The translations under genes and the position numbers were made by a program. DNA of 64,000 nt from Vulcanimicrobiota bacterium (GTDB taxonomy: Bacteria; Vulcanimicrobiota; Vulcanimicrobiia; Vulcanimicrobiales; Vulcanimicrobiaceae), in NCBI GenBank assembly GCA_963833095.1, contig CAWHWQ010000005.1, forward strand, positions 416,001 to 480,000. Direction: 5' to 3'. Shown here one piece after another: positions 1 through 10,900 of this stretch (the stretch's first letter is position 1; each line of letters opens with the position of its first letter). The notes beneath the pieces are model-generated. The model had not been told where the DNA came from and searched no databases. It saw only the letters and a program-made list of their open reading frames with translations.

Positions 1-360
1 AGCGCCGACGGCGGGGTCGTTCAGGGAAAGCTCGCCCAAGAATTGGCCGAATTCGTCGGGGAGCCGCGCAAAGGGGTCCTTCGTAACGTAGCGCGATTGG
101 TCGAGCGCGCTGACGATTGCGGCACGAAGATCCGCGGGATCGAGCGATGAGCTCGCGACCGTAACGCGGCGCCCCTCCCACCATAAGCGAAGGTGCAGGC
201 TCGAGCCGGCCGAGCGTTCGAGCTTGCTGATCGTTGTGTCGCGCGCCTCGACATGGAAGCGCTGCGTCCGTGAAAACGTCGCCTCTGCGCTCTGCGCTCC
301 CGCCTCGATTGCAAGATCGACGGCGCGTGCCGCCACGTGGATCGCGTCATCGTTCGTCAT
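1..360 (-). CDS. pmbA: TldE/PmbA family protein, 5' part (runs off window start)
   Basis: Not in the ORF track. Read manually from ATG at 360: MTNDDAIHVAARAVDLAIEAGAQSAEATFSRTQRFHVEARDTTISKLERS..., a PmbA-like N-terminus. Overlaps the tldD stop, the usual tldD-pmbA pairing. Confidence 0.8.
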   Translation of the reverse strand, partial: MTNDDAIHVAARAVDLAIEAGAQSAEATFSRTQRFHVEARDTTISKLERSAGSSLHLRLWWEGRRVTVASSSLDPADLRAAIVSALDQSRYVTKDPFARLPDEFGQFLGELSLNDPAVGA

Positions 361-1750
361 CAGCGGTTCCTCCGACGGTGATCGCAGCGATCTTGACCGT
401 CGGCATCCCCACGCCGACCGGAACGTGCTGCCCGCCCTTGCCGCAGGTGTAGTGACGACGCGCGAGGCGAGCATCGTTACCAACCGCGACAACCTTGGTC
501 ATCGCGTCGGGGCCGTTTCCAACGATCGTTGCATTTTTGACCGGCGCGGTCACCTTGCCGTTTTCGATCAAATAGCCTTCCGCGACCATGAAGACGAAGT
601 CGCCTTTACTGATCTCCACTTGGCCACCTGCAAACGATTTTGCGTACAGTCCACGCTTGGTTGAAGCGATGATCTCTTCCGGCGTCGCCTCGCCCGGCGG
701 CATGTACGTATTGCACATACGCGGCTGGGGTAAAAAGCGGTACGATTGGCGCCGTCCGCTCCCGGTCGACTGCGCGCCCATCAGCCGCGCATTGAGCGTA
801 TCTTGCATGTATCCACGGAGGACGCCACGCTCCACGAGCACCTTATGCTGCCCCGGGATGCCCTCGTCATCGACCGCGACGCTGCCGCGCTCCTCGGGAA
901 GATTACCGTCATCGTATATCGTCACCAGTTCGCTTGCCACGCGCTCGCCGATGCGGCCGCTATACAGCGACGTGCCCCGGCGATTGAAATCGCTCTCTAG
1001 ACCGTGGCCGACCGCTTCGTGCAAAAGTACGCCGCCGCCGCCCGCGCCAACCACCATTTCCATCTCGCCGGCCGGAGCTGGTTCGGCAACCAGATTCGTT
1101 GCCGCAATGCGCGCGGCATCGGTTGCAAGTTCCTCAGGAGAGTGAAGGTCGAAGTAGTCGATCGCGGTGCGGCCGCCGTCAGCGGCATAACCCGAACCGC
1201 GTTCGCCGCGAGCGCTCGCGACCGCTTGAATGCCTAAGGTGACCATCGGCCGGTGATCGTGGACGATCCGTCCGTCGCTAGTCGCAATCCACACGTCTTG
1301 CAGTTCATCGGTCACGTGGACATTGACGGCAACGATACATGGGTCGTATGCTCGCGCGCACCGATCGGCGCGTTCGAGCAGGTCGACGTAGCGTGCGGCC
1401 GGTGCGTGATCCTCGCGCGCTTGATCGTACAACGGCACGACGTTCGCGGTGGTAAGTCCGATGCTGCCGTTCGCTCGGGCCGGCGCGCTTCGAGCGATGA
1501 GCGACGCGGCCTCGGCCGCGCGCAGCAGCGCTTCGTCACCGAGGTCGTCGGAGTATGCGTAGCCGGCCGACTCGCCAACCACGACGCGAATACCGACTCC
1601 TTGAGCGATCGAGGTCGCGCCATCATGAATGTGCCCGTCTTGCAAACGAAACGCATACGACCGGCGGCGTTCGCAAAAAACGTCGGCGTATTCGCCGCCG
1701 TGACGCAGCGCCCGAGTCAATAGCCGCGTGAGAATATCTCGGTCGATCAT
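347..1750 (-). CDS. tldD: TldD metalloprotease
   Basis: HEAVGHGLE zinc motif, DDEG, PRMCNTY, C-terminal CGKGGQ-VPVG-G-PT. Confidence 0.95.
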   Translation of the reverse strand: MIDRDILTRLLTRALRHGGEYADVFCERRRSYAFRLQDGHIHDGATSIAQGVGIRVVVGESAGYAYSDDLGDEALLRAAEAASLIARSAPARANGSIGLTTANVVPLYDQAREDHAPAARYVDLLERADRCARAYDPCIVAVNVHVTDELQDVWIATSDGRIVHDHRPMVTLGIQAVASARGERGSGYAADGGRTAIDYFDLHSPEELATDAARIAATNLVAEPAPAGEMEMVVGAGGGGVLLHEAVGHGLESDFNRRGTSLYSGRIGERVASELVTIYDDGNLPEERGSVAVDDEGIPGQHKVLVERGVLRGYMQDTLNARLMGAQSTGSGRRQSYRFLPQPRMCNTYMPPGEATPEEIIASTKRGLYAKSFAGGQVEISKGDFVFMVAEGYLIENGKVTAPVKNATIVGNGPDAMTKVVAVGNDARLARRHYTCGKGGQHVPVGVGMPTVKIAAITVGGTADDER

Positions 1751-3268
1751 TTAGAAGCTCGCGATCCGATCGACTGCGCGCACGTAGGCGCTACGTGGAT
1801 CGCCGGGTGAGTTATTGATCATAAAGGCAAACGTAACGCGGCCATGGTGCATCGTGTTGACATACCCCGCGAGCGAATTCGCGTCGCTCAAGGTTCCGGT
1901 CTTGGCGCGCACGCGGCCAAGGGCGGTCGTGAAATCATAGTGGCTGAGGGTCCCGTCGCGTCCGCCGGCCGGGAGCAGGAGGTAGAGTTCGGCGCCGTGA
2001 TCCTGTAACTCCGCGTCGCTCAGGATGCGCGCCAACGTGATGGCCGACACACGGTCGGCTTCGGCGAGACCGCTGCCGTCCACGGCGCGCAATCCGTCAG
2101 TTGGAATCCCCCGCGAACTCAAGAACGATCGCTCAACGGCAAGGCCATTGTCGTCGCTTCCCGGCTCTCCTGCCTCGACGGCGAGGGCGCGCATGAGCTG
2201 TTCGGCATAGTGATTGTCGGAAACGTAGAGCATATGGCTGATGAGCGCGCGCAATGGCAGCGAGCGATGATCCCACAGGACGATCGTATCGAGCGGAGCA
2301 GCGGAGACCTGCGGGCGCTGCGCGGTCACAATTCCCGCCTGGTGCAGCATCCGTTCAACCACATCGCCGACGTAGACCGGCATATTGTGAACCGGAAGCC
2401 AAAACTTTTCTTCGGTGTCTCGCGGAATGTCGCCGCCGAGCGCAAAGAGGTTGGGCGCCTGCGCAGCGATGACAACGCCGTCACCACTCACGCTCGTTCG
2501 CACCGTACCGGTCAAATGGACGTCGCGGCTCGAAGGCACGACTGCCACGCGCGCGGGCTGGCCCGGCGAAAGACCGTACACTCGGAACTCGGCGGTGCCG
2601 TCGTCGAGCGAGACCGCGCTCGTCGGCACCTGAAAGTCCTCGTTAGCGTCGCTAGGATCCCAGTGTGGATTGATTTCCGGTCCGCGCATCTCGTTTGCGT
2701 CAACGGCGACGGCGCCATCGATGCGACGCAAGCCGCTGCGTGCGAGTCCGCGTACGGCGCCGCGCAAGTCGTCGCTGCGCAGCGACGGATCGCCCGACCC
2801 GACGAGCCAAAGATTGCTCATAAGCGCGCCGTCCGCAGGCGCGCGCGTTGCGGCAAAAACCGTGTGAAAACGATACTGCGGGCCGAGGAGATTGAGAGCC
2901 GCGTCCGCCACGATCAGCTTTTGCACCGACGCGGGTGTCACCGCCGCGCGCTCACGGTCGGCATAGATCACGCGACCGGTCGCGTCGATTACGGCCAGAC
3001 TGTATCGATCCGAACGCGCCGGCGCGAAGGCATCGTCGAGAGCGCGCCGCAACTGCGCGATCTGCGTTGCCGTCCAGGGGGCGGGCCTGGGCGTTGCTCG
3101 CGCGGCGACGCGTTCGCCGGCTCGTCGCGCGGGTACTTGCGAAAAGGAGCCGCGAACGATCGACCAGACCGCGAGCGCGGCGACAACCATCAGGACGACG
3201 AGGGCGACCCGGCGCTTAGCGCTGTTGGAGCGCTTCGACTTTTTCTTGTAACGTACGCTGTTCTTCAC
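1751..3268 (-). CDS. dacB: D-alanyl-D-alanine carboxypeptidase/endopeptidase (PBP4, peptidase S13)
   Basis: SxxK (PASVQK), GSGDPSL, SDN, DGSGL, KTGT motifs and an N-terminal TM segment. The start is uncertain because it overlaps the pepN 3' end. Confidence 0.9.
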   Translation of the reverse strand: MKNSVRYKKKSKRSNSAKRRVALVVLMVVAALAVWSIVRGSFSQVPARRAGERVAARATPRPAPWTATQIAQLRRALDDAFAPARSDRYSLAVIDATGRVIYADRERAAVTPASVQKLIVADAALNLLGPQYRFHTVFAATRAPADGALMSNLWLVGSGDPSLRSDDLRGAVRGLARSGLRRIDGAVAVDANEMRGPEINPHWDPSDANEDFQVPTSAVSLDDGTAEFRVYGLSPGQPARVAVVPSSRDVHLTGTVRTSVSGDGVVIAAQAPNLFALGGDIPRDTEEKFWLPVHNMPVYVGDVVERMLHQAGIVTAQRPQVSAAPLDTIVLWDHRSLPLRALISHMLYVSDNHYAEQLMRALAVEAGEPGSDDNGLAVERSFLSSRGIPTDGLRAVDGSGLAEADRVSAITLARILSDAELQDHGAELYLLLPAGGRDGTLSHYDFTTALGRVRAKTGTLSDANSLAGYVNTMHHGRVTFAFMINNSPGDPRSAYVRAVDRIASF

Positions 3269-5777
3269 GCAGGCTATCGAGATCCGAGCGCAGAGCGCTC
3301 ACTTGCGAGGGAACTTTCTGGGCTTCGCGGATACGAATTGCGGCTTCGGCTGCATCGCGGCGTATTCGGCCATCGAAACCGCTGCTTGCGAGCCGATCGA
3401 GGGCGGGTAGCGCACGAGCGTCCTCGAGCGATTCGGCCGCGGCAATCGCGGCGAGCTGCACGAGGAACATCGGGTCGTCCAGCAGTTGCACGATCGCATC
3501 GACGATACGCGAACGCTCGGGGAAAACGAGCGCTCCCATGCGCGCGAGCGCGCCGGCTGCGGCGCGACGCAAACCTTCGTCGACACCGAGACGAATCGCG
3601 TCGATGAGCGCGTCGGCCGCGCGGGCGTCGCCGAGTTCGGCAAGCCCGCGCGCGGCGCCGGCTTCAATCGTGCCGTTCCACGATCGCCCACGTATCGCGG
3701 CGATGAGCGCGTCAAAGGCGCGAGGGTCGCGCGTCTTACCGAGCGATTCCAACGCCGCTGCGCGGACAAAATACGATTCCTCATCGTCCAAAGCGGAGAG
3801 CAATGAGCTCGCCGTGCCGGCGTCGCGGAAATTCCCTAGCGCCGCCGCGACAGCCCGGCGAACTTTCGGATGCTTGTGGTGCATCGCGGAAACCAGGATC
3901 TCGCGGGCCCACGGCGCGCGCGTTGCGCCGAGCGCATTTGCCGCTTCATCCAACACGCCCCAGAACGGCTCGCGCTCGAATGCCGAACGCAGTGCCTCCC
4001 GCGCGGTCTGCCAGCCATCTTTGGTTAGCTCGCGCGCAGCGCGGATGCGCGCCACCGGATCGGGATCGCCCTGCAGCGTCGCCGCTGCCAACGTCACGCC
4101 GAGTTTGTAGGTAATGCTGCCGAGCAGCCACGCCCCGGGATCGAAACGCACGAGCTTCGGTTCGAAATCCAGCGGTATCGTCACCGTCTCGTGAGCGCGC
4201 TCGACGACGACGCGAATGCGCCTCTCGCCGGCAAGCGGGCCCGGACCGGCATTCGCCGCGAGATTGCTCGGCACATCACCGCACAAACCGAGATCGACCT
4301 CAAAGCGATACGCGGGCTGTTCGTTATCGACGGTCTGTTTTTGATCGATCGTTACGGTTACGGCCTTACGCTGCGCGTCCCACGAAGCGCTCACCTCGAC
4401 CTCGGGATGGCCGCCCCGGAAGATCCACTGATCGAAGAAACCGCGCATATTCCGTCCAGTTGCTTCTTCGATTGCACGGATCAGATCGATCGTCTCGACG
4501 TTGCGCTGAGCGTTCTGCTGCACGTAGTGCGCGATCGAGCGCCAAAAGCGCTTATCGTCGAGTTCGCCGCGCAGCATATGCAGTACCGCCCCGGCCTTCT
4601 CGTAGAGATGACGATCGAAAACCTCGATCGGATCGCGGAACAGATTACAGACGATCGGGCGGCGATAGCGCTCGGCATCTTCCTGCAAATATCGGGCGAC
4701 ACATCCAAACACGTCGTAGAGGTATTCATCGTAGCCCAGATCGGCTTCGCGCCAAACGCATTCGAAATACGTCGCGAAGCCCTCGTTGAGCCAGGCCTGC
4801 GACCAATCGCGGCAGGTGAGAAGATCTCCGAACCACTGGTGCGCGAGCTCGTGCGACACGAGCGGGTCGCTGGAAAAATCGAGATGGGCGCGTTCGTCAT
4901 GCAGGGTACGCTCGGTCTGCGTGGTTGCCGACGTGTTCTCCATCCCGCCGAAGATAAAATCGGTCACTGCGATTTGCGAATAACGAGCGTACGGATACGG
5001 CGTTCCGATCCGCTCTTCGAACGCAGCGATCATACGCGGCGTGTTGCCGAAGGCGCGCTCACCGTCGGTCTCGCGGCCAGGAAGCACGTAATAGTAGACG
5101 GGCACCGCTCGCGAGCCCGCATCTTCTTGACGCGCCTCGACAAAAGGCCCAGCAACCAGCGTCATCAGGTAGGTACTGTGCGGAATCTCTTGGCGATATG
5201 TGAAGATCGTCCGTTCGCCCTCGTCGCGACGTTCTATCAATTTGCCGTTTGCGAGCGCGAAAATTCCCTTGGGCACCGCGACCGTCGTCTGCGTGGTCTG
5301 CTTTTCGTGCGGATAGTCGAGCGAGGGAAACCAGTAACGCGCGTTTTCGTCTTGGCTCTGCGTCCACGCATGGCGAACCTTGTCGGGGTATTCCGGCGTG
5401 GGGTCCACGAAGAACAGCCCGTGACGCGGCCGGTTGGCACGATAGACGATGCGGAACGCGGCGCTTTGGTTGGGCACGAGCGGCGGATCGAACGTGATTG
5501 CGAGCTTATTGTCGCGCAGCGCAAAAGCGCACGGCTTATCGCCGCGTTGCACCGAGGTGATCTCGAGATCGACCGCGTCGAGCTCGAGCCGCGCGACCGG
5601 TTCGTCGAACGGCCGAACGGTTGTGGTGCAGACGCCGTCGAGTGCGTGCTGTTCCAGATCGGGCTCGAGGTAGAGCTCGATGTGTTCGACGTCGACGATC
5701 TTGTCTGGGCCGTACTGCAAGCGGGCGCCGGGGAGTGCAAAAGCGCGGTGTGCCCCCGAATCATCGCGGAAACTCAT
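3216..5777 (-). CDS. pepN: M1 family aminopeptidase with C-terminal HEAT repeats and coiled coil
   Basis: GGMEN, HELAHQW...NEGFA motifs; HEAT-like repeats (VRRAVAAALG, VRAAALESLG). Confidence 0.92.
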   Translation of the reverse strand: MSFRDDSGAHRAFALPGARLQYGPDKIVDVEHIELYLEPDLEQHALDGVCTTTVRPFDEPVARLELDAVDLEITSVQRGDKPCAFALRDNKLAITFDPPLVPNQSAAFRIVYRANRPRHGLFFVDPTPEYPDKVRHAWTQSQDENARYWFPSLDYPHEKQTTQTTVAVPKGIFALANGKLIERRDEGERTIFTYRQEIPHSTYLMTLVAGPFVEARQEDAGSRAVPVYYYVLPGRETDGERAFGNTPRMIAAFEERIGTPYPYARYSQIAVTDFIFGGMENTSATTQTERTLHDERAHLDFSSDPLVSHELAHQWFGDLLTCRDWSQAWLNEGFATYFECVWREADLGYDEYLYDVFGCVARYLQEDAERYRRPIVCNLFRDPIEVFDRHLYEKAGAVLHMLRGELDDKRFWRSIAHYVQQNAQRNVETIDLIRAIEEATGRNMRGFFDQWIFRGGHPEVEVSASWDAQRKAVTVTIDQKQTVDNEQPAYRFEVDLGLCGDVPSNLAANAGPGPLAGERRIRVVVERAHETVTIPLDFEPKLVRFDPGAWLLGSITYKLGVTLAAATLQGDPDPVARIRAARELTKDGWQTAREALRSAFEREPFWGVLDEAANALGATRAPWAREILVSAMHHKHPKVRRAVAAALGNFRDAGTASSLLSALDDEESYFVRAAALESLGKTRDPRAFDALIAAIRGRSWNGTIEAGAARGLAELGDARAADALIDAIRLGVDEGLRRAAAGALARMGALVFPERSRIVDAIVQLLDDPMFLVQLAAIAAAESLEDARALPALDRLASSGFDGRIRRDAAEAAIRIREAQKVPSQVSALRSDLDSLREEQRTLQEKVEALQQR

Positions 5778-6541
5778 GAGTGGGTCGCGTTTCGCCCGTC
5801 AGCCTGCGTCAACCCCCCGGTCACGCCGATCACGGCCCCCGTGATAAAATCGCGTTCGGGCGCGATTAAGAAGCGCACGACGTCAGCCACGTCTTCGAAG
5901 CTGCCCGGCCGTCCGCGCGGGATCGGACTCGGCGCTGCGCGCGCCGACTCACGGCTCTGACGTTTGTCGCGAATGTCGCCCGGCTCGATCACGTTGACGG
6001 TCACGCCGAATTGAGCTTCCTCGATCGCAAGCGTTCGCGCAAATGCAACTAGCGCACTTTTCGACGCTTGATACAAGCTAAAGCCTTTATACGGGCGTGT
6101 CTCGCTCGAACCGTTCCCGCCGAACACAACGATGCGGCCGAAGTGCCCCTCGCGCATCGCCGGTAACACGGCGTGCGCCGCGAGTACCGCGCTGCGCATG
6201 TTTGCGTCGAAAATGCTTGCATAGTCGTTCATTGACAAATTGACGAAGCGTTTGATCGTGAGCACACCGACGCCATGCACGAGTGTGTCGAACGGTCCCT
6301 CGTCTTCGACGAGCTTGCGCAAAACAGCAGCGGCGTGCGACGTGTCACCGCCGAAATCAACCCGCGTTGCGCTAGCACGAGCGCCCGTCTCCTCGATTGC
6401 CTTGCAGGTAGCGGCTGGATCGCTGGTACGATACGTTATCGCGACGCGCTCGAAACCGTCGGCGGCAAGCGCTGCCGCAATCCCCGAGGAGAGCCCGCTG
6501 CCCCCTCCGGTGACGAGGGCTCGGCGTTTTCGCGCCGTCAC
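5774..6541 (-). CDS. SDR family oxidoreductase
   Basis: VTGGGSG Rossmann motif, YQASK catalytic motif, VNVIEPG. Confidence 0.9.
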   Translation of the reverse strand: MTARKRRALVTGGGSGLSSGIAAALAADGFERVAITYRTSDPAATCKAIEETGARASATRVDFGGDTSHAAAVLRKLVEDEGPFDTLVHGVGVLTIKRFVNLSMNDYASIFDANMRSAVLAAHAVLPAMREGHFGRIVVFGGNGSSETRPYKGFSLYQASKSALVAFARTLAIEEAQFGVTVNVIEPGDIRDKRQSRESARAAPSPIPRGRPGSFEDVADVVRFLIAPERDFITGAVIGVTGGLTQADGRNATHS

Positions 6542-7164
6542 TGAGGCGCGCGCAACGCGCGCATCTGTCCGAGAATGCGACCGAAGCTGGCGGTGTCGAC
6601 CGCGCCCGGAACCACAAACTCGTCCTCAAAGACAAAGGTCGGCACGGCAGTAATCCCACGTTCGAATGCGCCGTTGAGTTCGCGGCGCACCTCGTCGACG
6701 CCGTCGTCGCTTTCCAGGTAGGTCATCATTTCGTTGCGATCCAGACCCAGACGAGCGCCCGCGTCGGCGAGCACGGCGCGATCGCTCACATCGAGACCAT
6801 CCGTGAAATATGCCTCGAAGAGCTGTTTTTCCAATTCGCGATCGAGTTCGCTGCGCCGCGCGAATGCCATGGCGCGATGCGCATCAAACGTGTTCGCGGT
6901 CAGGGCGCGATCAAAGTCGAAGACCAGACCCTCGCTTTCCGCCTCGCGCGTCACGCGTTCGAGAATGGCCGTCGCCTCGTCTCCGAACTTCGCGGCATAA
7001 CGCTGACGCGCCGGAATACCAGGTATCGGCGCGTCGGGATCGAGTTGAAATGGGTGGAGCCGGATCGTCACGTCGCCATCGAACTGCGCAAGCGCGCGCT
7101 CGAAGCGCGTGACTCCGATGTAGCACCACGGGCAGACGACGTCACTCCAGATGTCGATACGCAC
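6538..7164 (-). CDS. DsbA/FrnE family oxidoreductase
   Basis: DVVCPWCYIG, NTFDAHR, GITAVPTF. Confidence 0.92.
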   Translation of the reverse strand: MRIDIWSDVVCPWCYIGVTRFERALAQFDGDVTIRLHPFQLDPDAPIPGIPARQRYAAKFGDEATAILERVTREAESEGLVFDFDRALTANTFDAHRAMAFARRSELDRELEKQLFEAYFTDGLDVSDRAVLADAGARLGLDRNEMMTYLESDDGVDEVRRELNGAFERGITAVPTFVFEDEFVVPGAVDTASFGRILGQMRALRAPQ

Positions 7165-7181
7165 CCGTGGTGCTTCACCTT

Positions 7182-7943
7182 TTATACGCGGAATTCCCAG
7201 CTTGCGTCGACTGAGGCGCCGTCCTGCGTCACACCGCTCACGCGAACGGTATGGCGGCCAGGATAGAGCGGCCGGCGCGGGGTGTATTGGAAGCTATTGC
7301 GGTTGAAGTACACCGCCGACGTGACGTCATTTCCGTCGACCATGATGCGCAGCGAGTCGCGTCGCATCGGCTGGCTGAAGTCGGCAGAGATCGGCGTCAT
7401 CGGGCCGGTATTCCCCTGCGGGAGCCGATTGGTCACGTAGGCTGCGGGATTCATGGGGCGCATCGGCGGGTTGCCGTTATAGTTGCCGTTGTTCGGGCGG
7501 TTGCCGCCACCACGACCGCCGTCGATCGTAACGGTCGACGTGTTATTGTTCCAATCGACCGACGCGCCCAGCGCCTGCGCGACAAAGCGCAGTGGTACGA
7601 GCGTGCGCGAGCCTTCGACAAAGGGTGGCGAATCCAGCGTCTGCGATTGTCCATCGACGGTCGCTTGATTCGACCCGATTTGGAGCGAAACGTTACGTCC
7701 GTCACCGGTCGCATTGATCGTGCCGTTTTGATAGACGACACTCGCGCCGAGCTGTTCGAAAACCCCGCGGAGGGGAACGAAGACGCGGCCGGCTTGCTCG
7801 ACCGGCGGCTGATCGAAGTTCATTCTGCTGCCGTTGACGATGACCGTCACGTCGGCGCTCTGTTGTGCGAGCGCCGCAATCGGCCCGCTCGCAGCAAAGA
7901 TCGTGCATGCTGCGCATGCGGTCAAGAAAAATATGTTACGCAT
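7182..7943 (-). CDS. Exported protein with copper amine oxidase N-terminal (stalk) domain
   Basis: Signal peptide, GRVFVPLRGVFEQLGA / RTLVPLRFVAQALGASVDW repeats, C-terminal Ig-like segment. Confidence 0.85.
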   Translation of the reverse strand: MRNIFFLTACAACTIFAASGPIAALAQQSADVTVIVNGSRMNFDQPPVEQAGRVFVPLRGVFEQLGASVVYQNGTINATGDGRNVSLQIGSNQATVDGQSQTLDSPPFVEGSRTLVPLRFVAQALGASVDWNNNTSTVTIDGGRGGGNRPNNGNYNGNPPMRPMNPAAYVTNRLPQGNTGPMTPISADFSQPMRRDSLRIMVDGNDVTSAVYFNRNSFQYTPRRPLYPGRHTVRVSGVTQDGASVDASWEFRV

Positions 7944-7973
7944 AGCTGGGGTTTACCCAGTCATGCCCAGGTG

Positions 7974-10900
7974 TCACACCGCCGCGGGTGCCCCTTCGAG
8001 TTCGGCAGCGACCGCTCGGCGGTCTCCGCGCCGTTCAAAGAAGCCCATCCACGTGTTGTAGATCATCGGCACGAGGAAGAGCGTGAGAATCAGCGAGCTC
8101 AGCAGGCCGCCGATGATGACGGTACCGATCGCTTGCCTCCATTCACCGCCTTCAGCGAATCCTAGAGCAAGTGGCAGCATACCGAAGATCATCGCCGCCG
8201 TGGTCATGATAATCGGGCGGAACCGCGTCGCGGCTGACTGCAGGACCGCATCCTTCACCCGCATGCCGCGCTTGCAGAGCGTGTTCGAATAGTCGACCAG
8301 CAGGATACCGTTTTTTGCGACGAGTCCGAAGAGCATGATGATACCCAGCATCGAGATGATGTTGAGCGACTGCCCTTGTTCTGGCTCGAGGCGTCCCATC
8401 AGCGCGAGGAAGATCAAGGCGCCGATAATCGCCATCGGAACCGAAAACATCACGATTAGCGGCTCGAGGAAGGAGCCGTAGAGAATCACCATCAGCATGT
8501 AGACGAGCATGAACGAGAGCAGCAGCGCAATGCCCATGTTCGCAAAGGTCTCTTGCATGAACTGCGTGTCGCCTTGCGCGGTCGTACCCACGCCTTGCGG
8601 GAGGAACCCGGGCTGTTTGAGTTTCGCCTCCAGCGGACCGGTCACTGCACCGAGCGAGTAGCCGGGCAACGTGTCACCGAGCACATTAATCACCCGCTGA
8701 CGGTTGAGACGCTCGATCTTGGTTGGCGCGGTCGTCCAAGTGAACGTCGCGACCGAAGAAATCGGCACGAGCGAGCCATCATTCGAACGTACGCGCACGT
8801 CCATGAGTTGATCCACGTCCGTGCGGTCCGACAGTGGGAACTGCACGCGCACGTTGACGAGGCCGGTTGGGGTGCGCACTTTCGTCGCGACCGCGCCGTC
8901 GATCGCGATGCGGGCGACGTTAGCGACATCCGACGGGTTGACACCGACCACGGCGCATTTTGCCGAGTCAACGTCGACGTTGAGCCGAGGAGCACCGTTT
9001 TCAGCGCTGGTCTGCACGTTTACCGATCCCGGCGTGGCGCGCAGGACTGCCGCAACTTTCTCGGCGGCCGGAGCAATTTCGTCCTCAGGGCCCGAAAGCG
9101 CGTAGAAGATTTGCGCGCCCGAGCCGCTGCCACTGTCACCTGCTACCTGAAGTTCACCGCCGGGTACCAGATATGCGAGCTTACGTATCTTCTCAATTGC
9201 TCCGTTGGTTTGGCCGCGCCGATTTTCTTGCATGTCAGCACCGAGCCGCGCGTAGTTTCCGCCGATCGAGGAGCCCCAACCCGACGGCTTGCGGCCGACA
9301 GTCGAACTCACATCCTTGATTCCGTCGATCTTGAGGATCGCGTTTTCCAGCTTCGTGACATAGCTGTTGGTCATCCCGATCGGCGTGCCCGGCGGATACG
9401 TGACGGTCATATTGATATGCCCCGTCTGCGATTGCGGTACGAAATCGAAGCTAATACTTCCCAGCGCAACCATCGCGCCCGCCAGCACAACCGGCATGAC
9501 GAAGGTGAGAATCGTCAATGGCCGATATGTTCCCAGCGCTGCAAATCCACGAGGCTGACCGGTGCTCCGGCCGCGCATGAACCGCGCGGCGACATAGCAC
9601 AGCGTCATCACGACCAGCCAGACGGCGTCAACCGCTGCGGCGTTCGTTCCACCGCCAACCAGCAATAGAGAGTTGACGAGCAGCAGGGTGCAGGTGAAGA
9701 TGACGAATGTCCCGTGCTCGAGTCCGAATGGCAGCCACTTCGTGCGGTAGGCTTCGAGTAAGGCTTCGTAGCGATGCACGAAGAGATTGAGGATCAGCAC
9801 CGCCACAATCAAGATCCCGATCACTTTGAGCAGAATCACTTGGAGGAACGTTCCAAGCGTGAACGCGAGAGTGGCCGCGACGAGGAATGCAACGTTCAGG
9901 ACCCAGTTATCGAGCGCACGCAACCAGGCCGGGGCCGCCTCGGAGCGCTTCTTGACGCTCCACTTGGCCGCAAGCAGCGGCGTAAGCGTGAACGAGACGA
10001 GCAGCGAGAACAGCGTCGCGATGACGATGACCGCGCCGAACTCCTTGAGGTACGCGCCGACGATGCCGGGCAGGAACGCCACTGGGAGGAAAACGACCAC
10101 ATCGACCATAGTGATCGCAATTGCGGCGTTGCCGATCTCCGTGCGGCCGTTGATCGCCGCATTCATCGGGTCTTCGCCGAGATCTCGATGCCGCGTAATG
10201 TTTTCCAACACGACGATCGAGTCATCGACAAGGATGCCGATGATCAGCGAGAGCCCCATCATCGACATCGTATCGATGTGGAAGCCAAAAGCGCGCATGA
10301 CAATGAAGGTCGCAAGGATTGAGGTCGGGATCGCGACCATCACGACCACTGCGTTGCGCCAAGCGTGGAGGAAGAGTAGCATGACCACCGCGGTCAAGAT
10401 GATGCCTTCGATCAGTGATTGGCCGACGCCGATGAGCGACTTTTCTGTATAATCGGCCGGCGCGTCGATCTCCGTAAATTTGAGCTGGGGAAATTGAGTC
10501 TCGATTGCCTTCATGTGGTCGCGCGCAATTGCCGTCGATTTGATTTCGTCGCTGTTGATATCGCGCCCGATGCTCAAGTAGACTCGCGGTAGCCCGTTGT
10601 AGTGCGAGATGCTGCGCATCTCGACATGGCCATCCTCAACATGCGCAACGTCGCCTATCTTGAGCGATTTGACCGGGTACTGGAGCACCGACAAGGGCGA
10701 AAGCGGTATCGCCGCGATGTCACTCGCGTGATCGATGTAGGCGTGGATCGCCACCGTCGCCTCGCGTGTCGGCTGCGTCATGATACCGCCCGGCACGTTG
10801 TTGTTGTTGGCGGCAACCGCGCTAAAGATGTCTTCGAGCGTCGCGCCCGTGCCGGCGAGCGCCACCGGGTCGGGGAAAACGTGGAACTCACGGTCGGCTG

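Noticed and set aside
4191..5960. 589-aa plus-strand ORF and other long antisense ORFs (e.g. 2210-3607, 8553-9668, 36704-37738)
   Set aside because: They mirror well-supported genes on the opposite strand and show no motifs. Such shadow ORFs are expected at high GC.
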